From the NCBI GenBank assembly GCA_018781585.1, contig JADMJT010000006.1, forward strand, positions 11,116 to 75,115: a stretch of 64,000 nt of DNA. Direction: 5' to 3'. Positions within the stretch are counted from its first letter, which is position 1; each line of letters opens with the position of its first letter. The stretch comes from Burkholderiales bacterium. Lineage in GTDB: Bacteria > Pseudomonadota > Gammaproteobacteria > Burkholderiales > Thiobacteraceae. Positions 51,501 through 60,695 of this stretch are shown here, one piece after another. Made by a program: the position numbers and the translations under genes. Below the pieces are notes generated by a model that saw only the letters and a program-made list of their open reading frames with translations, had not been told where the DNA came from and ran no database searches.

Positions 51501-51520
51501 GGGGGTATTTCTGGGGGTAT
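51501..51520. promoter_or_regulatory. Putative integrase arm-binding sites, right end
   Basis: GGGGGTAT at 51501 and 51513. Confidence 0.65.
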
Positions 51521-51586
51521 TCCTCGAAAATTGGACTCAATTTTTAAGATAAGTTTCCAGGCCTACCAAGGGAAATAGCTCGACTA

Positions 51587-51604
51587 GTTCGCCCCCCCCC
51601 ACCA
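51587..51604 (+). repeat. attR: degenerate copy of the ssrA 3' end
   Basis: GTTCG-CCCCCCCCC-ACCA versus GTTCGATCCCCCCCGCCTCCACCA in ssrA. Confidence 0.7.
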
Positions 51605-51611
51605 TAATTTG

Positions 51612-51644
51612 AAATCCCAACCCTTATCGGTTGGGATTTTTTTT
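51612..51644 (+). terminator. Terminator, probably the displaced original ssrA terminator
   Basis: aaatcccaacc-cttatc-ggttgggattt plus a T-tract directly after attR. Confidence 0.75.
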
Positions 51645-52108
51645 GCCGGGAACGCCAGTGTTGGCGTGGTTTCGCGCCTTGGCATTTCCGCCTGGTCAAT
51701 TTTAAACGCGCACATGTGGTCAAAATTTGGCGCGCAGGGACAATTGTTAATCAGCATGCAAAACTGACCAGGAAACCGGGGTAAACAGCGTCCAAATTTG
51801 ACCACCTCGGATGTGCCATCATCTGGCCTTTTTGGCTGGAGTAACCTGGAGTGATCTGCATGGAAGCCATCGGCAAGATCGCCCGCCGCCCTTATCTACA
51901 CCCCCAAGAGTATCCAATCGACTGTACTATTCAATTTTGTTACAGCGAGTTAAATACGTTCCCAGGCTTGAAATATCCAAGCTAATCTATTAATAATGCA
52001 TATTAATAACAAGGCATTTTCATACCGGGCGTATGTAACCGGGAATCGGCGGAAGTTGTCCGGTTTGCAGGTCGCGCACTGTCGCCTCAGCACAATGGGG
52101 GTACCCAA

Positions 52109-52804
52109 TTGAATCAGTCTCGACAACCCGATGCCTATGCTAACGAGCCTCAGCTTAAGGATGCCCTGCCCATCAACCCACTCGACGCAACCATCCTGGT
52201 GGTGGATGACGATGCCTCGGTGCGGCGCAGTTTGGCGCGTCTGCTTCGTTCAGCAGGCTGGAAAGTCGAAACGTTTGCTTCTGCCAACGACCTTCTGGAT
52301 CAAGCGCCGTTCACCGCGCCAGGTTGCATATTGCTCGACGTCCAGATGCCTGGGATGAGCGGCATGGAGTTGCACGAAAGCCTATCCGGGCTGGGTGTCT
52401 CGCTGCCGGTGGTTTTCCTGACCGGAAAGGGTGATATCTCGATGAGCGTGCAAGCCATGAAGCATGGCGCGATCGACTTTCTGGTCAAGCCGGTTGCCGA
52501 GGATGTCCTGTTGCAAGCGCTGGAGCAGGCCATCGCGCGTCATCTTGCCGACGCAGCCGGCAGGCAGGCGCGCGACGACGTCGCGTCGCGCCTTGCGCTG
52601 CTCTCCCCGCGCGAACGCGAGGTGCTGCAACATGTCCTGCGGGGGCGCCTGAACAAGCAGATTGCCGGTGACCTGGGTATCGCCGAGAAAACCGTGAAGG
52701 TGCATCGCGGTCGGGTGATGGAGAAGATGGCCGCCGGCTCGCTCGCGAAACTGGTTCACATGTGCGATACCGCAGGTATTGAATTTCCCGACGCCGTTGG
52801 CTGA
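52109..52804 (+). CDS. FixJ-family response regulator (REC + LuxR HTH)
   Basis: VVDDD, LDVQMPGMSG, KP, LSPREREV...NKQIA...TVKVHR. Confidence 0.92.
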   Translation: MNQSRQPDAYANEPQLKDALPINPLDATILVVDDDASVRRSLARLLRSAGWKVETFASANDLLDQAPFTAPGCILLDVQMPGMSGMELHESLSGLGVSLPVVFLTGKGDISMSVQAMKHGAIDFLVKPVAEDVLLQALEQAIARHLADAAGRQARDDVASRLALLSPREREVLQHVLRGRLNKQIAGDLGIAEKTVKVHRGRVMEKMAAGSLAKLVHMCDTAGIEFPDAVG

Positions 52805-52953
52805 AACGCCTCCGGCTTCCGCGCCCCCCCCTCAAGAAGCAGATCAAAACCCGCTTTAGCCGCGCCGACCGCCAGTGGGACCAAAGTCTAATTGTTCGCG
52901 CTGTTGCAAGCGCCTAATTTTGAGACTTCTCACACGCTGGCGGGACGCCCTTC

Positions 52954-53343
52954 GTGGCTCTGAAAACGGATACATTACTCGTGCACATCGTCGACGACGA
53001 CGAATCGGTGCGAAAGGGACTGTCGCGCCTGATGCGTTCGGCGGGCATCGAAAGCCGCGCCTACGAGAGCCCGCAGCGCTTTCTGGCGGAAGTGCGCAAC
53101 GAAGGACACGCCTGCATTCTGGCGGACATCACCATGCCGCATATAAGCGGCCTGGAATTGGCCGCACAACTCAAGGCGAAGGGCATTACATTGCCGATCA
53201 TCGCGATTTCGGCGCGCGATGACGACGAAACCCGGCAATTGGCCCGGGACTTGGGCGTGCGCTTTTTTCTGCGCAAGCCCGTAGATGACCAGGCGCTGAT
53301 CGACGCGATCTCCTGGGTGATGCAGCAGGATCCACAGGAATAA
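52954..53343 (+). CDS. Single-domain response regulator
   Basis: IVDDD, ADITMP, FLRKP; no output domain. Confidence 0.88.
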   Translation: MALKTDTLLVHIVDDDESVRKGLSRLMRSAGIESRAYESPQRFLAEVRNEGHACILADITMPHISGLELAAQLKAKGITLPIIAISARDDDETRQLARDLGVRFFLRKPVDDQALIDAISWVMQQDPQE

Positions 53344-53368
53344 CGCCCATTCGACGCGGAGGGACGCG

Positions 53369-55159
53369 TCAGGTGCCGGTCTTGTCTTCAAGCGGCAAAA
53401 CAAAGTGGAAGGTCGCCCCGCGATCCGGGTTGGCTTCGGCCCAGATACCGCCGCCGTGGGATTCCATGATGGAGCGGCACACTTCCAGCCCCACGCCCAG
53501 CCCTTGCGGTTTGGTCGTGTAGAAGCCGTCGAACACCCGATCCAGCATGTCCTCGGCGATCCCGATGCCGCTATCGCGGATCGACACCAACGCCTTACCG
53601 TCGACACGCGCCGCGGTCACCCGCAGCATTCGCTGGTCTGGCACTTGTTCCGCCATCGCCTCCAGCGCGTTGATCATCAGATTGAGCGCCACCTGCTGGA
53701 TTTGCGTTTTGTTCGCCCGGATGGCCAGGTTCGCTTCCAGCAAGTGCTCGACCACTACGCCGGTTCTGACAAACTCGCTGTGCAGGAGCATGATTACTTC
53801 GTTGATGCACTGGCCCAGATCGATATCGGCGTAAGGCGTTTCCTGCTGCTGCAGCATCGCGCGCAAGCCATTGATCACCGCACCGGCGCGTTTGTCGTCG
53901 CGCACGATGTCCTGGAGGATTTCGCGCATTTCATCGAGATCGACCTTGTCTTGCGCCAGGAAGCGAAGGCCCGCCTGGGCATTGCTGAGCATGGCAGCCA
54001 AGGGCTGGCATAGCTCATGAGCGAGCGAGCTCGTGATCGCACCGGTGCTCGCCACGCGGTCCGCATGCCAGACCTGCCGGCGAAACCGGTTCAGCGCCTC
54101 ATCCTTCTGCCGCGACTCGGTAATGTCGATGTACACGCTACTGACCGCATAAGCCGACCCGTCCTCGCGCAGCAGCGGGAACTTGATGGACTGGAACGTG
54201 CGCGCTTCCCCGCCGCAATCCAGCACCTCCTCGCTTTCGACATCCTGACGCGTATCGAGCGCATGGCGTTCGTTTGCATCGATGATCGCCGCCTGCTCCC
54301 GTGGAAACAGATCGAAAACTTTTTTGCCGGCGATCGCGCCTTCGCGGGTGCGAAACGCGGATTCGAATTTGCGATTGATCAACTGGAAATGCCCCTTCAA
54401 ATCCTTCAGGCAGATCGCCACCGGCAAGTGATCCAACACCGCGCGCAATCGCCGTTTTTGATCCCGCGATTCCAGCATCATTTCCATATCCATCACCACG
54501 ATCAGCGCAAGGAAACCGAAATCACTGGTATGGACAAACTCGACGAGCTTCAGGTTGATGGCGACGTTCAACAGGCTCAACACGGCAAATGCGCTAAGCG
54601 CCCAGGCCATTACCCGGGCCCTTCGCTGCTGTCCTCGCCGATATTGAAGGTAACAGGCATACAAACTGTACGACAGCGAGATCACGATGCCCAGCCACGC
54701 CAGGTTGTGCCAGACAGTCCGCTGAATCACCCGCAAATCCGCAACCCGTTCCCCCCAAGGCAAGTCGAAATAAGCCATGCTCGACGAATCGGCGATTTGA
54801 ACGCCACTGGGCAACGCCAGATTGACGGCAAACAGCAGGGCCCAAAAACCGGACAAGCCGAACAACAATTTTCGCGGACGGATGCCGGTGTAATCGGCAA
54901 CAAACCAAAGAAAGGCCGGCACAAAGAAACACAGGAACACAATCTCCCAGCGCCGCATCGCCACCAGTTCCGAAACGGTGTGCGCGCCATACGCGCCCGC
55001 CCTGGCCATGATCAAAGCCGCCGTCAGCAGAGACATCAACGCGAACAGCAGATGGATACGGTTCACCCGCCGGCGCAACACGGCGAGCCCGTGATGCAGC
55101 GCAGTGTAGGCGCAGACACCACTCATGACATACAGGGCAGGAACCAGGATTTCTTTCAT
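53369..55159 (-). CDS. Sensor histidine kinase (multi-TM N-terminus, PAS, HisKA, HATPase)
   Basis: About seven hydrophobic helices; PAS; AHELCQP; NLMINA, DSGIG, FYTTK, GLGVGL. Confidence 0.92.
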   Translation of the reverse strand: MKEILVPALYVMSGVCAYTALHHGLAVLRRRVNRIHLLFALMSLLTAALIMARAGAYGAHTVSELVAMRRWEIVFLCFFVPAFLWFVADYTGIRPRKLLFGLSGFWALLFAVNLALPSGVQIADSSSMAYFDLPWGERVADLRVIQRTVWHNLAWLGIVISLSYSLYACYLQYRRGQQRRARVMAWALSAFAVLSLLNVAINLKLVEFVHTSDFGFLALIVVMDMEMMLESRDQKRRLRAVLDHLPVAICLKDLKGHFQLINRKFESAFRTREGAIAGKKVFDLFPREQAAIIDANERHALDTRQDVESEEVLDCGGEARTFQSIKFPLLREDGSAYAVSSVYIDITESRQKDEALNRFRRQVWHADRVASTGAITSSLAHELCQPLAAMLSNAQAGLRFLAQDKVDLDEMREILQDIVRDDKRAGAVINGLRAMLQQQETPYADIDLGQCINEVIMLLHSEFVRTGVVVEHLLEANLAIRANKTQIQQVALNLMINALEAMAEQVPDQRMLRVTAARVDGKALVSIRDSGIGIAEDMLDRVFDGFYTTKPQGLGVGLEVCRSIMESHGGGIWAEANPDRGATFHFVLPLEDKTGT

Positions 55160-55363
55160 TTTATTGATTCTAATTGTTTTATCGGGTCGGCGGAGCGTTT
55201 GCCGGATGGCCCCGATATTGTGCTGCCCGAAATGCGGGCCGAGCGACGTTCATCGGAAATAAGACCAAAGCCCAATAGGCCAAACGAAACGGCCAAAGTA
55301 GTCTGAACGGGGAAACAAGCGCAATTCTGCACCCAACCGTGCCTTTTGAAGGAGATTTCAGTC

Positions 55364-55927
55364 ATGAGCACTTATACCACTGCGAAATTTCATTCGATTT
55401 TCGTCGTATTGACGCTCTCGCTCCTCATGTTGCCATTCGGCGGCGCGCAAGCAAAGAGCGAGAAGGAAATCGACGCGAGCGTCGATGTCGCGCTGGAGCG
55501 TTTCAAGAAGGACGTGAAAGGCGCCGACGACTATCTGAAGGGCGCGAAAGGCGTGCTGGTCATGCCCAACGTCAAGAAGGCCGGTTTCGTTGTCGGCGCG
55601 CAATGGGGCGAAGGCGCCCTCAGGGTCGGCAACAAGTCGGTTGGATACTACAAGATGGACGCCGGATCGGTCGGCTTCCAGGCGGGCTATCAGGAAGCGA
55701 ATATTGTGTTCCTGTTCCTGACTCAGGATGCGCTGAACAGCTTCCGCGCCAGCAAGGGCTGGACCGCAGGCATCGAAGGCGGCATTACCGTGGTGGATGC
55801 TTCCTTCGGCGGAACGCTGGATACATTGAAAGCGAAGGATTCCATTGTCGCCTTTGTCATCGGCAAGGAAGGCTTGATGGCAGGGTGGTCGGCCAAAGGC
55901 ACGAAATTCACCAAGCTCGGAAAATAA
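55364..55927 (+). CDS. Exported YSC84/SYLF-like lipid-binding protein
   Basis: Signal peptide AQA; KAGFVVGAQWGEG, SVGFQAG, GLMAGWSAKGTKF; likely start ATG 55364. Confidence 0.8.
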   Translation: MSTYTTAKFHSIFVVLTLSLLMLPFGGAQAKSEKEIDASVDVALERFKKDVKGADDYLKGAKGVLVMPNVKKAGFVVGAQWGEGALRVGNKSVGYYKMDAGSVGFQAGYQEANIVFLFLTQDALNSFRASKGWTAGIEGGITVVDASFGGTLDTLKAKDSIVAFVIGKEGLMAGWSAKGTKFTKLGK

Positions 55928-55990
55928 GACGCCTTCATGCATAGCCGCACCTCAAAAAAATACGAAGACTTTCCACACTGGAGAAGAATC

Positions 55991-56785
55991 ATGCGAAACA
56001 CTTACTCTCCCTTTTTTATCGGCGCGCTTCTGGTTACGGCCGGGATGACATCAGCGCCGGTGTGGGCAGATACCGCAGGCGGCGAGCAGTGGCAGTTCGA
56101 GGTGACACCCTATCTATTCGCAGCCGGGATGAAAGGCACCACCGGGGCGCGGGGCGTGACCACCGATATCGACCTCAGTTTCGGCGACATTCTCGATGTC
56201 CTCGACTTCGGCGCCGCCGGATTGTTCGAAGCCCGCAAAGGCCACTGGACCTTTGCGCTCGACGCCAGCTACTCGAAATTGAGTATCGGCGGTAACCGCT
56301 CGTTTCAGGGCCCGCTGGGCTTCAGCAACAACGTCGCGCTGAATGTCAATTTCACGCAGCAGATATACACCCCTTATGTCGGTTACCGCGTGCTCGACGA
56401 ACGCACCAAAGTGGACCTGATCGGCGGCGCGCGTTACACCTCGCTCGAATCGGATCTAACGCTTGCCTTAACCACCGGCGCGGCGCTGCTGCCGGATGGC
56501 AGTCGCAGCGTGGGCGGCTCCGTGAACTGGTGGGACCCCATCATCGGCGTGCAAGTAACGACACCTATCGCCGATAAGTGGTCTTTCGTGGGTTATGCCG
56601 ATGCCGGTGTTGGCGGGGAATCGGATTCCACCTACCAGGCGCAGGCCCTACTCAAGTGGCAATTTGGCAAAACCTTTTCTGCCAAATTCGGTTATCGCTA
56701 CCTGGCCCAGGATTACAGAAAGGACGGCATTGTGTGGGACGTAAAATTTAGCGGGCCGTATCTTGGATTGGGCATCGCCTTCTGA
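55991..56785 (+). CDS. Putative outer-membrane beta-barrel protein
   Basis: Signal peptide; amphipathic strands; WWDPIIG; C-terminal F (GPYLGLGIAF); likely start ATG 55991. Confidence 0.75.
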   Translation: MRNTYSPFFIGALLVTAGMTSAPVWADTAGGEQWQFEVTPYLFAAGMKGTTGARGVTTDIDLSFGDILDVLDFGAAGLFEARKGHWTFALDASYSKLSIGGNRSFQGPLGFSNNVALNVNFTQQIYTPYVGYRVLDERTKVDLIGGARYTSLESDLTLALTTGAALLPDGSRSVGGSVNWWDPIIGVQVTTPIADKWSFVGYADAGVGGESDSTYQAQALLKWQFGKTFSAKFGYRYLAQDYRKDGIVWDVKFSGPYLGLGIAF

Positions 56786-56892
56786 AGATCGCCTAAGGGG
56801 AAGCGAGCGCTCGAATCTCGGCGCTCGCGGGGTAATCCGCATTCCCGGTTTAAATTTGAGTGGCGCCGATTCCTTAACTATTGGAGGTTTAC

Positions 56893-57708
56893 ATGCGTAG
56901 CAGCAATCATCGTAAGCACCACACGATTCTGGCCACCCTACTCGCCGCTGCCGCAAGCTCGCCGGCCTTGGCGGAAGGCGATGCCGAACTCGCCAAGGCA
57001 ACGCAGAATCCCATTGCGGCCCTGATCAGTCTGCCGCTGCAATACAACTACGATAGCGATATCGGGCCGGTAAAAGATGGACACAAATCGCAGTTGAATG
57101 TCCAACCGGTGATCCCCTTTTCGATCGGCACGGATTGGAATCTGATCTCCCGCACCATTGTGCCGCTGATCAGCCAAAACGATGTCACGCCCGGCGCCGG
57201 CACGCAATCCGGAATCGGCGACATCACGCAAAGCCTGTTTTTCTCGCCGAAGAAACCCACTGCTTCGGGCTGGATCTGGGGCGCCGGCCCGGTGTTCCTG
57301 CTGCCCGCCGGCCATGACGATCTGACCGCCGACAAGTGGGGAGCCGGGCCCACTGCCGTCCTCTTGAAACAGGATAGCGGTTGGACCTATGGCGCGCTGG
57401 CGAACCACATCTGGTCGTTTGCCGGCGCCGATCAGCGGCGTGACATCAGTTCCACATTTGTACAACCGTTCCTGTCTTATACCACCAAGACCTACACCAC
57501 TTTCGGCATCAATACCGAATCCACCTACGACTGGAAATCGGAAAAGTGGTCGGTACCGATCAATCTCTCGGCGACCCAGTTACTCAAGATCGGCGGTCAA
57601 CCCATGACCCTCTCCGCCGGCGCGCGCTACTGGGCCGATAGCCCCGAAGGCGTCGGCCCCAAAGGTTGGGGATTCAGACTGACGGCAACCTTCCTGTTCC
57701 CGAAGTGA
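56893..57708 (+). CDS. Putative outer-membrane beta-barrel transporter
   Basis: Signal peptide ALA; LAKATQNPIAALISLP, QPVIPF, C-terminal TFLFPK; GGAGG RBS before ATG 56893. Confidence 0.78.
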   Translation: MRSSNHRKHHTILATLLAAAASSPALAEGDAELAKATQNPIAALISLPLQYNYDSDIGPVKDGHKSQLNVQPVIPFSIGTDWNLISRTIVPLISQNDVTPGAGTQSGIGDITQSLFFSPKKPTASGWIWGAGPVFLLPAGHDDLTADKWGAGPTAVLLKQDSGWTYGALANHIWSFAGADQRRDISSTFVQPFLSYTTKTYTTFGINTESTYDWKSEKWSVPINLSATQLLKIGGQPMTLSAGARYWADSPEGVGPKGWGFRLTATFLFPK

Positions 57709-57718
57709 ATGGACTCTG

Positions 57719-58507
57719 ATGGCGTTGAATATCTTCGACCGAAGTTCAATGATGCGAAGCGCCGCTTTCACGCTCATCGCATGTGGCATCCTGCTAGGCC
57801 AGACTGGTTTCGCACCGCTTGCTCTGGCGCAGCAGGCGCCCGCCGCGCAGCAAGCCCAGCCCACTCCTCAGCAACGCGCGGCCATGCTCAAGCAATGGCT
57901 GCTGGCGAGCCAGAACCAGATTCGCGCATATGAATGGGTGGAAACCACGACCCACAGCAAGGATGGCGAAGAAAAATCGAGCATCCAGAAGCGTTGCTAT
58001 TACGGTGTGGACGGCAAGCTCCAGAAAGTCGTGTTGCACCAAACGGCGGAGCAGAAGAAAGGCCCGCCCGGCATCCTGCCACTGGGGCGGCTGGCCAAGA
58101 AGGCCGCCGAGAACAAAAAGCAAGCCGTCACCGACTATATGCGCAGCGCGGAGGAGCTGGTGCACAAATACATCCCGCCCGTTCCGGACTTGATTCAACA
58201 GTCGATCAACTCAGGCAAGCTCGGCATCCAGGTGTTGCAGCCCGGACGCATGGTGCGCCTGACATTTGCCGGCTATCTCAAGCCTGGCGATTCGCTGGGG
58301 GCCGATATCGAACTGCCGACCAACCGCCTGCTGGCCGTGACGGTGGCCAGCTATCTTGACAGCCCGCAGGATGCCATCGCCCTCAATGTCACCATGTCGG
58401 TGCTGCCAGATGGCACGATCTACCCCGCGCGATCGAGTCTGGACGCCAAGGCGAAAGGCTTGAACGTCACCGTCGAAAACGCGGGCTACCGGCGCATCGC
58501 GCCCTGA
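57719..58507 (+). CDS. Exported hypothetical protein (beta-rich)
   Basis: Signal peptide ALA-QQ; operonic spacing. Confidence 0.7.
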   Translation: MALNIFDRSSMMRSAAFTLIACGILLGQTGFAPLALAQQAPAAQQAQPTPQQRAAMLKQWLLASQNQIRAYEWVETTTHSKDGEEKSSIQKRCYYGVDGKLQKVVLHQTAEQKKGPPGILPLGRLAKKAAENKKQAVTDYMRSAEELVHKYIPPVPDLIQQSINSGKLGIQVLQPGRMVRLTFAGYLKPGDSLGADIELPTNRLLAVTVASYLDSPQDAIALNVTMSVLPDGTIYPARSSLDAKAKGLNVTVENAGYRRIAP

Positions 58508-58545
58508 CCCATGCATCTTGAAGCAATCGATAGGAGGAGGTACCC

Positions 58546-59343
58546 ATGCTGCGAGCTGGTTTGATATTGGCCACATCCTTGCTGGCCACGAATGTGGCTT
58601 GGGCGGAAACCGCCACGCCCGCCACCGAGACGGAATCCCAGCAATTCGCACGCGCCCGCCTCATGGAAATGGCCCAATTCCTGAGCGGCGCGGAAAAGTT
58701 CAGCGTCACGCTGCGCGTCGGCTACGACGTGGTGCAAGCCGACGGGCAGAAGATCGAGTTCGGCGAGATTCGCGAACTTTCCGTGCATCGGTCCGATCAG
58801 GCGCGCATTGCGGAAACGTCGAGCGACGGCAAGCACGACCTATTGCTGTTCGACGGCAAGCACGTCACCACATTCGATGGCGCGACCAAGCGCTACGCCC
58901 AGGCGCCCCAACCCGGCGATCTGGATGCCACGGCCATCTATTTTGTCCGTGACCTGCAAATGCGCCTGCCCCTGGCGCCCATGTTCACGCAACAGTTTCC
59001 CCAGGAATTGCAGCGCCGCGTGAAGCATATCGATTACGTCGAACGCACGACTATCCTGGGCGTGCCCACGCACCATATCGCGGCGCGCACCGAGAATGTG
59101 GATTTTCAAGTATGGATCGCTGACGGCAAGCAACCCTTGCCGCTGCGCGTCGTGCTGAGCTATCCGGCAGCCGAAGGCCAGCCGCAGTTCTGGGCAAATT
59201 TTTCCAAGTGGAATATGTCGCCGCGCTTTGGCAAGTCCACCTTTGCTTTCAAACCGCCGGCCGATGCGAAGCAGATCCCGTTTGCGGTCCAGCTCCTGCC
59301 GCAGTCCGGCGCTCCGTCCCTGAACCAAGGAGGCAAGCCATGA
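58546..59343 (+). CDS. DUF2092-like periplasmic protein (LolA-like fold predicted)
   Basis: GGAGG RBS; signal peptide; FDGK, VDFQVWIADG...PLR, F.FKPPADAKQI. Confidence 0.75.
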   Translation: MLRAGLILATSLLATNVAWAETATPATETESQQFARARLMEMAQFLSGAEKFSVTLRVGYDVVQADGQKIEFGEIRELSVHRSDQARIAETSSDGKHDLLLFDGKHVTTFDGATKRYAQAPQPGDLDATAIYFVRDLQMRLPLAPMFTQQFPQELQRRVKHIDYVERTTILGVPTHHIAARTENVDFQVWIADGKQPLPLRVVLSYPAAEGQPQFWANFSKWNMSPRFGKSTFAFKPPADAKQIPFAVQLLPQSGAPSLNQGGKP

Positions 59344-60101
59344 TTTCGCAGAATCTGACAGACAAAGTTTCGCTGATCGCGCTGGCGGCAACGTTATCCA
59401 TGATCCTCACTGCTCAAGACGTCGAGGCGCGTGTGGGCGGCGCAGGCTTCTCGCGCCAGGGCGCCGCCTCGGCGGGCAGTTTATCGAGCAAGCGCAGCGC
59501 TGGCGCCGCAAGATCCAAAGAGGCTGCGGCGGGTACGAGCAGCGCTTCCGTCAGCCAGCCATCCCGCCCAGCCGCACCCACCACCATGCAGCAAGGCGCG
59601 ACCACTCAGCAGGCCCCGGCCACGGGCAGCGCCGCGGACAATCAGGCGCAACGGCAGGAAGCCATATCATCCAATCAGGAACAACGGCAGAGCGTCAGTT
59701 CATCCAACCAGGCGCAGCGGCAGGAAGCCGCCAAATCGAGCGGCTATTATCCACCCCCCTACCCGAGCCAGCCGGTCTACTACCCGCCGCCGACCTACGT
59801 CGTCCATCACGATGATGACTGGGACAGCGGATCTGCGGCGGTGGGTTTCGTCGCTGGCGCCGTGGTCGGCGCCGCGGCGGCATCCAGCTCGAAGCCCGCG
59901 CCCGCCCCGGCACCGGCACCGGCCCCCACGACCACGGTAATCTACGCCCCACCGCCTGCGCCGGCGGCAACCTTGCCGTGCGCCCCGAACGTGAAAACCG
60001 TTGGCGGCGTGACTTACTACGCCTGTGGATCCAGCTACTACATCCAGGCCTATGGCTCCGCAGGCCCGATCTACATGCCGGTACAGCCGCCGGTGAAATA
60101 A
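59340..60101 (+). CDS. Exported low-complexity Pro/Gln/Ala-rich protein with glycine-zipper-like segment and small Cys-containing C-terminal domain
   Basis: ATGA overlap at 59340; GFVAGAVVGAA; (PA)n linker; LPC...VGGVTYYACGSSYY. Confidence 0.72.
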   Translation: MISQNLTDKVSLIALAATLSMILTAQDVEARVGGAGFSRQGAASAGSLSSKRSAGAARSKEAAAGTSSASVSQPSRPAAPTTMQQGATTQQAPATGSAADNQAQRQEAISSNQEQRQSVSSSNQAQRQEAAKSSGYYPPPYPSQPVYYPPPTYVVHHDDDWDSGSAAVGFVAGAVVGAAAASSSKPAPAPAPAPAPTTTVIYAPPPAPAATLPCAPNVKTVGGVTYYACGSSYYIQAYGSAGPIYMPVQPPVK

Positions 60102-60601
60102 TGACTGCCATGATGAGATCAACGCCCATGAAGCTGATAACAATCATCCTCCTTGCCTTGCCGGTGTTGTTTGCCGGCCCGGCCGTTGCGGAGGGGGCAG
60201 ACGCCAACGGCGTGAAATCGCTTCGCGCCGAAATCAGGGCAGACAAGAAACAGATCGTCGCGGCCAATCTTCCGCTTACCGAAGCCGAAGCGAAACGCTT
60301 CTGGCCCGTCTATGAAAACTACCAGAACGAGTTGCAGACAATCAGCGCAAAGCTGGAAAAAATCATTCTCACCTACGCCGATGCGTACAAGAAGGGCGCC
60401 GTGCCGGATGACACCGCGAAGCGGCTGACCGAAGAGGCAATGGCTGTCGAGGAAGCGGAAGTCAAACTCAAACGCCGATACCTCTCCAAATTCTCGCGCC
60501 TGCTGCCCGCGGCGAAGGTGGCGCGTTATTTTCAAATCGAGAACAAAGTCCGGGCTGAGATCAAGTACGAATTTGCGAAGCATGTTCCGCTGATCCAATA
60601 A
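60101..60601 (+). CDS. Exported helical protein (Spy/CpxP-like)
   Basis: TAATG coupling; signal peptide; LTEAEAKRFWPVYENY, LPAAKVARYFQIE. Confidence 0.7.
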   Translation: MTAMMRSTPMKLITIILLALPVLFAGPAVAEGADANGVKSLRAEIRADKKQIVAANLPLTEAEAKRFWPVYENYQNELQTISAKLEKIILTYADAYKKGAVPDDTAKRLTEEAMAVEEAEVKLKRRYLSKFSRLLPAAKVARYFQIENKVRAEIKYEFAKHVPLIQ

Positions 60602-60695
60602 GCAACAAACCCGCCGCGTTGCTGGCGCGGACTGGCGTCAACCGGCACAAAATTGCGAAGCTCCCATGTCACCCCTTAACCCAGGAAACCACCCA

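Larger units (their letters stand above)
23324..51604. mobile_element. ~28 kb genomic island integrated at the ssrA 3' end (defence island)
   Basis: P4-type integrase next to ssrA, AlpA at the far end, degenerate ssrA 3' copy plus terminator at 51587-51644, GGGGGTAT repeats at both ends, defence cargo. Confidence 0.88.

Noticed and set aside
23324..51604. Prophage, P4-like satellite or ICE
   Set aside because: No capsid, terminase, tail, primase, Psu/Sid-like, T4SS or HUH relaxase genes recognised.
54017..55306. 429-aa plus-strand ORF
   Set aside because: Antisense shadow of the histidine kinase.
59894..59930. Tandem gcaccg/gccccg repeat
   Set aside because: It encodes the (Pro-Ala)n linker of the 59340-60101 protein and is not an independent element.
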